DNA from: Chiloscyllium plagiosum | Lineage: Eukaryota | DNA length: 29,370 bases | Direction: 5' to 3' | NCBI RefSeq assembly: GCF_004010195.1 | Contig: NC_057749.1 | Coordinates: 17,346,466-17,375,835 of the forward strand | Part shown: positions 20,870 through 29,370 of the stretch, in pieces | How the letters are laid out: each line of letters begins with the position of its first letter | How positions within the stretch are numbered: position 1 is the first letter of the stretch | Made by a program: the position numbers and the translations under genes | The notes under the pieces: model-generated | Seen by the model: the letters and a program-made list of their open reading frames with translations, nothing else | Databases searched by the model: none | Told to the model about the DNA's origin: nothing

Positions 20870-21860
20870 TGAGTAAAAGCCTCAGCTTCATCCACTCACT
20901 CTTCAACTCAAAGAATCTCAACCTTGTCATGACATTTGAGAGCCAAAGAGCTGAGCTCTTCATCCATTGTCATTGCTTTGTGCTGTCTTGTTTTTCCAAG
21001 GATTTCTTCTCACCTATTCATATCAGAAGTTTTGTTTCATCCATGTCCCTCTTTCAGGCCTTTCACTGTCTTGATTCTTTCATTGGAAACTGTTGGCTTG
21101 AATTTGACTGCCTCTATCTCTGCTCCCTCACTCATTGTAATGATTGTAATGTCCTCATACTGAACTTAGAGCACTTCATTCCCACAGACTGAATCCCAGA
21201 GTTTTAATGAAAAATGCTTACGAGTAATATTGTATATTTTGAGCAAACTGATCACTACCTTACAGAGACTTGAATACCAAATCTCTCTCATTTGATCTCC
21301 TAAATCCTTCAACCTTGACACAGTTCCTAAACGTCCAACTATTGCTTCCAAAGCTTTAACTGATCTCAGATTCTCTTGAAATCTGAAGTCCGTAGCCTCC
21401 AACCTCAACTATCCACCTCTGAGCGGTCCAGTTTATTTTCCTTCCAAGGTTCATGACAGACTCCCCTCCTGGACCCATTTCAGCCTGTTGTCAGCACACA
21501 ACAGATTTCTTCCAATCTTGACTCTTCGTCTCCTCATCAAGTATCTTTGCATTAACGTTTGTGATTCTTTCTCACCTTTTGATGTTTAAGATCGTCTAGT
21601 TTCCTGACCCTAACCATCACGCTTTCACCAAGAAAGTCCAGTACTTCCACTAAGTCCAATTCCTCTGCATCTGAATTGCCTGCATTGTTCTTTTCTGTCA
21701 CTCCTGTTTTCCCTGCTTTTCTTGTCTGTATACTCAAAACCTATTTCATCTCAACTTTCTTCAGATTTATCAAAAAGATTGTTGAACTGGATTGTTAACT
21801 TTGTATCACTCTTTATTGATGCTACCTGATCTGCTGTATGTTTACAAAGTTTGTTATTTT
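20870..21860 (+). mobile_element. Probable very old Penelope-like relic
   Basis: ~21380-21490 reads LKSVASNL...VYFPSKVH, resembling the PLE pre-RT Y.LPKIHK region. ~21750-21860 resembles a decayed pLTR (gatgctacctgatctgctg). Confidence 0.4.
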
Positions 21861-22236
21861 AGTTGTGATAGTAATTGCTAAGTCTATTATTGGGGAAAAT
21901 TCTTTATATGCAATGATGGATGAGAATATGTGAAAAAACTTGGGGCTATGCTATTCAGCCTGAAGCAGGTATCTAGGAAATCTGATTGAAACACAAAGTG
22001 AAACGAAGAGCAAACTACAGTTCAGTTCTTTTATGTTCTAGGTACAGACACTGGGTATTTGCAAATAGAGACTGTGGAGATGTAATTGATGCAGCTGTTG
22101 TAGGTGTAAAGCAGACTCATTGCTTGCATTCCTAAAATGTGCTTAATAATTTTGGTTAAACTATTCACATGCAATGTACATGCTTCGTGATCCTGAAATT
22201 CCCACAACTGCTTCCTTTCTGACATCATTCTAAAAG

Positions 22237-22239
22237 CAC
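22237..22239 (+). CDS. Candidate 3-nt microexon (CAC) between exons C and D; hypothetical
   Basis: Context ttctaaaag|CAC|gtgagt. No AG dinucleotide from 22115 to 22234, several UGC motifs upstream, pyrimidine tract ctgcttcctttctgac. Inclusion keeps frame (CG+CAC+T = Arg-Thr). No transcript evidence available. Confidence 0.35.
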
Positions 22240-22604
22240 GTGAGTCGGGGATTACTACTCAGCTAATAGAGGCAGCGTAACGAGTTTTTTTCTCTGAACT
22301 GTTGCAGCTGTGAGAAGCCGCCTTTCTGGTTTGTCAAAAGAGTATTTAAAGTCAAATTTGCATATATCTGGGGAAACAATGTTTTCGATACCCTTTTATT
22401 TAAATGATAAATTGAATGTTTGTTCAGACATCAAACTGATATCCTGGAGAAGTAATGTATTAATTTATACTTATCAATATCTGGTGCTAAACCACTGATC
22501 AGAGATAACAAAGAGGATATAAAGATGGAGAGATAAGACCACACATTGCACTGAGGAAGGAACAAGCAAGAGTATGCCTTCATTAAGACCACCTATTTCT
22601 ACTC

Positions 22605-23180
22605 TTATTCTTTCATGGCATGTGAGCACCATTAGTAAGACTGGCATTTGTTGTTTGTCCTCAATTGTCTTTGAAGGTTCTGGTGATCCCCATCTTGAAC
22701 TGCTGCAGTCCATCAGGCGTAGGCTCACTTCACTGCTATCCGGAAGAAGTTCCAAGATTATGACCTAGTGACAGCGATATAGTACCAAGTCAAAATGTTA
22801 TGTGAATCGCAGGCAAACTTGCAGCTGGTGGTATTCCCATGCAACTATTGTCTTTGTCTTTGTCCTTGTATGTGGTGGTGGCTGCGGCTTTGTTTATGAA
22901 GGAGCCTTAGTGAGCTTCTGCAATGCATTTTGCATATGGATGAATATGAAAGGAATGAATGAATGTTTAAGCTGATGAATTCTGTGCCAGTCAAATGGCT
23001 TTGTCCTGGATTGTGTCAAACTTGTTAGAGCCACGCAGGTGGAGAATAATCCATCACACTGCTGCCTTGCGCCTTCAAGGTAGTGGGCAAGCAATGTTGA
23101 AGTGAGTATTTTGCTTCAGAATTCTCAACCTCTGAACTACTCTTGTGACCGCAATATTTATATGGCTATTGCAGTTAGAT
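22605..23180 (-). mobile_element. CR1/L2-group LINE 3' fragment (same family as 2070-2457)
   Basis: Reverse complement matches 2120-2457: cttgaactgctgcagtccat vs atggattgtagtggttcaag; gcaaacttgcagctggtggtattccca vs tgggaacatgacatcttgcaaattc. Confidence 0.75.
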
Positions 23181-23184
23181 TTTG

Positions 23185-23663
23185 CATGCTATCCAGGCAA
23201 AGCATACGTTACATAAGTACATCAGGCTAATAGAACAGAATGCTGAATATAGTGCTTCAGCTACAGAGAAGGTGTAGAGAAAGATCAACTTTAATATATG
23301 AGAGGTTAGTTCAAAACTCTAAAAGCTGTGAAAAAGTTGTTCTTGAATGAGTTGGAATGTTTTCAAACTTTTGTATCTCCGCCTGATGGCAGAGGGTGGA
23401 AGAGAGTGTATACAGGGTAGGAAAGGTCTTTGATTATGTTGGCTGCTTTCCCAGGCAGCAGTTCAGGTAGCATCAAGAGGGAGTCAATGAATGAAAGGCT
23501 GGTTTGTGTGATGGACTGGTCTATGTTTGCAACTCTAATTTCTTGTAGTCTTGGGCTGTGAAGCATCCGGATAGGATGCTTTCTATGGTGTATCTATAAA
23601 AATTGGGAAGAGTCAATGTGAACATTTCGAATTTCCTTAGCCTTCTCCGGAAGTATAGACATT
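23185..23663 (-). mobile_element. Rex1/Babar LINE 3' fragment
   Basis: Minus-strand peptide KAANIIKDLSYPVYTLFHPLPSG is typical of the Rex1/Babar ORF C-terminus. Confidence 0.75.
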
Positions 23664-23664
23664 A

Positions 23665-24315
23665 TCCAAAGAGACTTAAATGTCCAGGTGCATAGATTTT
23701 TAAAATGCCCTCAACAGGTGCCAAACATAATCAACACAGTTCATGGCCTTTATAAGTAGAGGACTTAAGTGCAAGGATGCAGAAGTTATGCTGCAGTTAT
23801 ATAAAAATATAAAACCTTGTTAGATCCCACTTGAAATACTGTGAGCAGTACACCTTAAGAAGGCTATTGTTGTAGAGTACAACATTGGTTCATACAATTG
23901 ATACCTGGACTTGCGTTAAGTTGAGGAGGCCTGTTTCCTCTTGAACTTAGAAAGTTAAGGGATGATCTGATCAAAGTTTTCAAGATTTTAACAGGAAAAG
24001 CTAGGATGGATAAATAAAACCTATTTTCACTGCTTTGGGGATTCTAAAACAAAGGGTCATAATCCGAGAATTAGGATCAGACCATTCAAGAGAGATATTA
24101 GGAAGCACGACTACTCACAAAGATGATAGATGTTTGGAACTCTCTTCCACAAATGGCAGTGGATGTAAGGTCAGTTGTTTAAATCTGAGAGAAATTTTTG
24201 TCAAGCGAAGGTATTAGCAGATATGGGCCAAGTATGGAATTAGTGTACAGATTAACCATGGTGATCTGAATAGTGGAACAGGCTCGAGAAGCTGAATGGC
24301 CTACTTCAGTTCCAC
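23665..24315 (+). mobile_element. Old CR1 LINE 3' fragment
   Basis: Decayed LRDDLIKVFKI motif; tail ggaacaggctcgagaagctgaatggcctacttcagttcc. Confidence 0.8.
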
Positions 24316-24394
24316 TGTCCTGAACTAAGATGATTGGCCTCCAAAAAATGCAGCAAGCTTCCTTTTTGCTTGGTGTGACTCCAGCCAATGGATA

Positions 24395-24640
24395 ACCCTG
24401 CCCTCGATGTCCACTGACTTTGATTTAATTAGGATTGTATAATGTTACCAGACCCTGTCAATATTTGTCACCCAGGGAATGCCTCAATTTTCAAATTTAT
24501 TTTCAAACTTCCTTCATGACTTTGCTCCTCCCTGTAACTGATCTTCTCCCCAGAACCTCCTAGGTCTCTGTGGAGCTCCCTTTCCAGGTTCTTGTCCTTG
24601 GGACGTTGCTTTGTAGAGTTGCTATATAAATGTAACTTTG
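24395..24640 (+). mobile_element. Probable decayed L2 LINE 3' end
   Basis: ttttcaaacttccttcatgactttgctcctccct and the terminus gggacgtt...gctatataaatgtaa resemble L2 3' ends. By eye only. Confidence 0.45.
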
Positions 24641-25173
24641 CCATTGATAAGCTGCCACTTCATGTAACAACAGGGATTGTTTTTTTAAGATGATTACTTC
24701 CCACTATCATGCTTTCTGTTCCCTGTTTAAATTTATTTTGGGGTACATATTGTTTTTGCTGTACTTCTTCCTAGTTTTGTTTTTTTAAATCTGTTTTTTC
24801 CTTGCCGCTTCACTCTGTGTTCTCCTTTACATCCTTTTTTTGTTGAGTTTTCTCCTCTTCTATCTTTTTATTTGGTTTGCAATTTTGTTTTGACTCTCAC
24901 TTTTCAGATCTGTTTGTGTTTTAGAGAGGTGAAACATCTGTCTTGCTGACATATGAGCCATTATGTTCTTTCCTACAGTACAAAAAAACTCCTTTTATTT
25001 CCCTCCTCAGTTTTTTAAAATCTTTAAACTTTATTTTCAGGCTTTAAACCTAAACTTGGCATCACCTGAGCACAACTTCTTGATTTCACTTTGATCTCTT
25101 CCTATTTTCAGCCTCAGCAGTCTTTACACCATGGGATCTTGACATTTATCTGGGTTTCTCAATTTCGATAGCA

Positions 25174-25605
25174 TTTAGAATTAGAATTAGCTTTATTGAC
25201 ACACATACCCACATGAGTATAGTAAAATGTTTGTCAGTTGCTGCTTATGGCGCCATCCTAGGAATCAAGATACCTAGGTACAGATCTTAGAGGAAAAGTT
25301 AGAAAAATAAAGAAATAAGAAATCCAGCAATAAATTAGAAAAATAGAGAAATAAGAGTTCAGAACAACAGTACTTCCAACCCAGACCCTGCTGGGCTTCA
25401 TCTTGAGAATGGGAGTTCTGGGAGTCAAATCCACACTAAGGCCGGAGTCTGCACTGGGTTTTACCCGGGACGTCGCTGGTGCTGTCCTAGGATGGGATGT
25501 AAAAAGGAAAAGAAAGAAAATGCAAAAAGAGAGAGAGAAAGAAGAAAGAAATGGATGGAGCAGACATGCTCCAGCTCAGAAGTTCTGCACCACCACCATC
25601 CTGTT
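25174..25605 (-). mobile_element. Unclassified interspersed repeat, probably a non-autonomous retroelement
   Basis: Begins with a short tandem (ttagaa)n plus ctttattg, a LINE-like 3' end on the minus strand. Internal duplicated ttagaaaaata(a/g)agaaataaga and an A/G-rich tract. Confidence 0.4.
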
Positions 25606-26299
25606 ACTTTAGAGCTACTCTTTAAGAAGTATCTGAAAACCTTTGTTCTTGATCTGCCAAGTATCTATTTTGAGCATCAGTGTAAGTTTCTCACTTTCAA
25701 TTTATTTGTTTTGTTTTTTTGTCCCAAATTTTCATTGTGCAGACTTGATGAAGTTCTGTTTCATGTTATTCATGTGAAGTTCTAATAGTTCCTTATTTTT
25801 TCAAACCAAGAATCTGGAATATCCTATTTAAATACATGGCAGACATAATGATGGAGTCTTGGTTGCTTGAATGAAAGTGTAAAGCAGAGTCATCTGAATG
25901 AAAATAGTTAAAACAATTAGTGAACCATAATGTATTGCTGGCCCAACTTCAACATTCAATGTGTATGGAAGCAATTGTGTTTAATCCTGAAAGAGTTATT
26001 ACAAAATTATTTTCATTCTTTTAATTCAGCCTTTTGGGATAATGTGACTTCAATACAGTGGGACCATTACAAAAAGCACCATAAAGCTGTTAGTTACTGA
26101 GCGAGTATGGGCTCATGGCTGACAGAGTCTGAGTTTTTGTGTCTCATTCACTGAAATTGAGCATTCATAATCTTCCATTCAAGAGAAATGTTAATAAAAT
26201 AAAAAGAAAATAAGATGAATGCCAGAATCACTGAGCATCTGTAGACAGAGAAACTGAACTAAGGTTTCAACTCAATGATTTTTCAATAGAAGCATCATC

Positions 26300-26470
26300 G
26301 TTAATCATGTTCAAGATAGAAATAGATTTCTGGATACTGATGCCATCAATGGATACTGGGATAGTACAGCTAAGTGACATTGAAGTAGTTGGTCAATCAT
26401 CTCAATTTCAAATGGCAGAACAGGTTTGACGGCCCAAATGACCTAATCCTCCTGGTCTTGTATTCCTATT
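26300..26470 (+). mobile_element. Old CR1 3' tail
   Basis: ttcaagatagaaatagattt...aaatggcagaacaggtttgacggcccaaatgacctaatcct, homologous to 24170-24315. Confidence 0.65.
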
Positions 26471-26771
26471 AAGATAAAATCACATTTATTGTTGCACAGT
26501 ACAGTTGTAACATTACAAGTAAAATAACACTTGAAACAGTAGACATTGTTGTGCATTATATTTGTGGTCTTTGAATTTGAAGGAGAACATGTACAGAGTT
26601 TGTGCTAGTTCTAATGAGGGCTGTATAGTCTTAAGTGTTAACATGCCTTTGTCCTTTGTGGTAATGATGAACCTGCTGTGTGTTTTGGTTATTTCCTGTT
26701 TTTATTTCAAGTGTATAGCATCCATAGTCTTTCTATTTTTTGGTTAAATTCTGATGCTTTTCTTTGAACAG

Positions 26772-26915
26772 TGACCTACATGGAATAAGCTGGAATGGCA
26801 GGACAGGAGTCCAGGCTGCAAGGCTTTCCTCTAGTCATTCTCTGATTGATGATGAAGGGACTTATTTGAATTCTTCTAGCACAAAGCTATTGGAGAGGGC
26901 TCATGGTGTCCTGAT
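26772..26915 (+). CDS. MYO9A: Myosin IXa coding exon D (loop-2 insertion), 144 nt, phase 2-2
   Basis: Acceptor ttttctttgaacag ends at 26771; donor gtgagt at 26916. Translates (R)DLHGISWNGRTGVQAARLSSSHSLIDDEGTYLNSSSTKLLERAHGVL, matching MYO9A WNGRTG...KLLERAHG. Confidence 0.93.
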
Positions 26916-27344
26916 GTGAGTATGCAGCTTCTCTTCCTGGAAATACAATCAACTTCTATGCACAGTGAAGCAGATATTTATGTAAATGCTTAATTTGCCA
27001 CCTTGAACATTTACTGAAAAGAAATAATTTCTTGTCCATGTTCAAAAAGGGTAAAGTTGCTACTGTATTAATGGAATTAATGTTGACTGAAATGCAAAAG
27101 GCATTACTTGAATCTAATTTATTTCAATAAACAAATAATGGTAATTCTGCAATCTGCCTTCCCTGTAGATAAGCAAGAGGGCAGAAAAGGAGGGTTTTGT
27201 TTTGTTATGGAGAACATTGCTGTACTGGAGAAAGAGGCTGTTCTAGAGGCTTAAAAAAAACAGAATAAATCTTGCTGTAGGTAAAGAATAAGAGGAGTGC
27301 AATCACTGCTCAGTATAATGTTTTGACACCAGCTTGTGCAAACA

Positions 27345-28860
27345 ATAAAGAGAAACAAATTTGCAAATACAAAACAAAATTATCTAGATTTACCTTCCAG
27401 GGGAAACTGAGACTTTGGTTCTGTTTCATGGAGACTTGGTTCACCCCTGCCATTTCTGACTGTGCCCTACAAGCTGATCGGTTCTCCATATATCACACGG
27501 ACCACATGGCCCGCCCCCCGCCCCGGGTAAGGTAGAAGACAGTGGGGTATGTTTCCTGATGCAACGCCACCTGGTGCTCTGATATAGCAACCCTGGTGAG
27601 CCGCTGCTCCCTGGATCGTGAATCCCTGACAGTAAAATGCCATCCCTACTATCTGCTGCGTGAGTTCACCTCCACCATCCTGACAGCAGTTTGCCTGTCT
27701 CTTCCCCCCCACCCCCTCCCACCAATCATGGAAGTGAAGAATTCCCGAGATGATATTTACATCACCACAAACATTCTGGAGAGGAAATTTCCCAAGGCTT
27801 TATTCATTGTGGTCAGCGACTTCAACCAAGCCAATCTCAAGAGCGCGCTGCCAAAGTACACCAAGGCATCTGCCCACTAGAGGACCGAACATCCTGGATC
27901 ACTGCGACACAACCATTATAGATACCTACCGCTCCATCCTCCGCCACAGTTCGGAAAATCAGATCACAACGCTGTGTTCCTCCTCCCAATTTACAAGTAG
28001 AAGCTGAAACAGGAGGGTCCTTCACAGATAGAAATACCGTGCTGGTCTGATGCAGTGGAAGAGCATGTCTGGGACTGCTTGGAATCAGTGGACTGGAACA
28101 TATTCAAGTATTCAGCGGGAAACCTAGACGAGTGCGTCACCACCTGTTAGCAAATGCGTGGAGGACTGTGTACCAACGAAGTCAATCCAGATGTTCCCCC
28201 AAAAGGAAACCTTGGGTGAACCAGAAAATCCTCATTCCCTACTGAAGACTGGGCGTGCAGCATTCAAGTTGGACAACCCAACCCTGTACAGAAAATTCAG
28301 ATAGGAACTCCCCAAAGCCATCAGGGATGCCAAGAGACAGTACTGGACCAAGTTCAAGGCCCAAGCCGTCCATACAGACTTGAGCTGTCTGTGGCAAGGC
28401 ATCAGCAACATAACACCATACAAAATGAAGCAGAGCAAGATAACTGACAAAGACATGTCCCTCTCTCATTGCTTGGTTCAAGCGGAATGCCAGTGGCGTG
28501 GTGTCACCTGCGCCGACAGCCCTAGATGCTGCTGTACTCACTGTCACCTCTGCTCATGGTAGATCGGTCTTCCTGAACCCAAGGAAAACGATCAGACTGG
28601 ACAGAGTCTCCAGCCGAGCACTTAGATCCAGCTGACTGAGGCATTCGTTGACATCACCTATCTCTCCCTCCTACAAGCTGTAGACCCACCTGCTTCAAGA
28701 AGACCACCGTCATCTCAGTACCAAAGAAAGCATACGCAATGTGCCTTAATGACAATTGGCCAGTGACTCTGACATACATAACCTTGAAGTGCTTTGAGAG
28801 GCTGGTCATGGCCCACATCAATTCTAGTCTCCCCTGCCTACCTCGTTCCCCTGCAATTTG
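27345..28860 (+). mobile_element. Rex1/Babar LINE, degenerate endonuclease to start of RT
   Basis: Peptides VKCHPYYLLREFTSTILTAV, FIVVSDFNQANLKSALPKY, TRGPNILDHC, FKKTTVISVPKK and LKCFERLVMAHI, with frameshifts. Confidence 0.88.
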
Positions 28861-29370
28861 CCCTAGCTATGCCTGCCTCTTCGTTGGATGTGTGGAACAG
28901 TCCATCTTCCGCAGCTACACTGGCACCACCCCCCACCTTTTCCTCCACTACTGTATCGGCGCTACCTCGTGCTCCCACGAGGAGGTTGAACAGTTCATCC
29001 ACTTTACTAACACCTTCCACCCCGACCTCAAATTTATCTGGACTGTCTCAGACTCCTACCTCCCCTTCCTAGACCTCTCCATCTCTATCTCGGACGACCG
29101 ACTCAACACGGACGTATACTATAAACCGACTGACTCCCACAGCTACCTAGATTACACCTCTTCCCACCCTGCCCCCTGTAAAAACGCCATCCCATATTCC
29201 CAATTCCTTCGCCTTCGCCGCATCTGCTCCCAGGAGGACCAATTCCAATACCGAACAAACCAGATGGCCTCCTTCTTCAAAGACCGCAATTTCCCCTCAG
29301 ACGTGGTTGACGATGCTCTCCACCGCATCTCCTCCACTTCCCGCTCCTCCGCCCTTGAACCCCGCCCCTC
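28861..29370 (+). mobile_element. Young Penelope-like element RT/thumb region, 5'-truncated, running off the window
   Basis: Stop-free frame from 28862: PSYACLFVGCVEQSIFRSYTGTTPHLFLHYCIGATSCSHEEVEQFIHFTNTFHPDLKFIWTVSDSYLPFLDLSISISDDRLNTDVYYKPTDSHSYLDYTSSHPAPCKNAIPYSQFLRLRRICS. LPFLD, YYKPT and SSHP are PLE RT motifs. Confidence 0.92.

Noticed and set aside
24908..24928. Potential 21-nt in-frame exon (ttttcag|...gag|gtgaaa) after a long T-rich tract
   Set aside because: It lies in low-complexity T-rich sequence with many chance acceptors, has internal AGs and only a moderate donor.
1..29370. CRISPR arrays, operons, retron or other prokaryotic defence-type systems
   Set aside because: There are no regularly spaced repeats and no gene-dense organisation. 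The RT motifs all belong to eukaryotic retrotransposon relics inside introns.

Overview
This is eukaryotic genomic DNA, not a prokaryotic locus. The repeat content (HE1/V-SINE, CR1, Penelope, Rex/Babar) points to a shark or other elasmobranch. The window holds four spliced coding exons on the + strand (27-222, 8849-8968, 11799-11874, 26772-26915). All have GT-AG boundaries and compatible phases, and together they encode part of the class IX myosin motor domain and its loop-2 insertion. They match MYO9A by my recognition of the peptide; no search was run. The rest is intron, heavily filled with nested and mostly decayed retroelements (CR1, L2-like, RTE, Rex/Babar, Penelope-like, tRNA-SINEs) and one Tigger-like non-autonomous DNA transposon. 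Most ORFs in the supplied track are repeat fragments or noise. I found no new multi-gene system. The best leads are RNA-level: (i) a candidate in-frame 3-nt microexon (AAG|CAC|GTGAGT) behind a 120-nt AG-free zone; (ii) a ~175-nt nested hairpin just downstream of a cassette-like 120-nt exon; (iii) a young 97-bp-arm palindromic Penelope-derived element with a 13-bp TSD and a hammerhead ribozyme core on each strand. Repeat boundaries are approximate and family names come from motif recognition.
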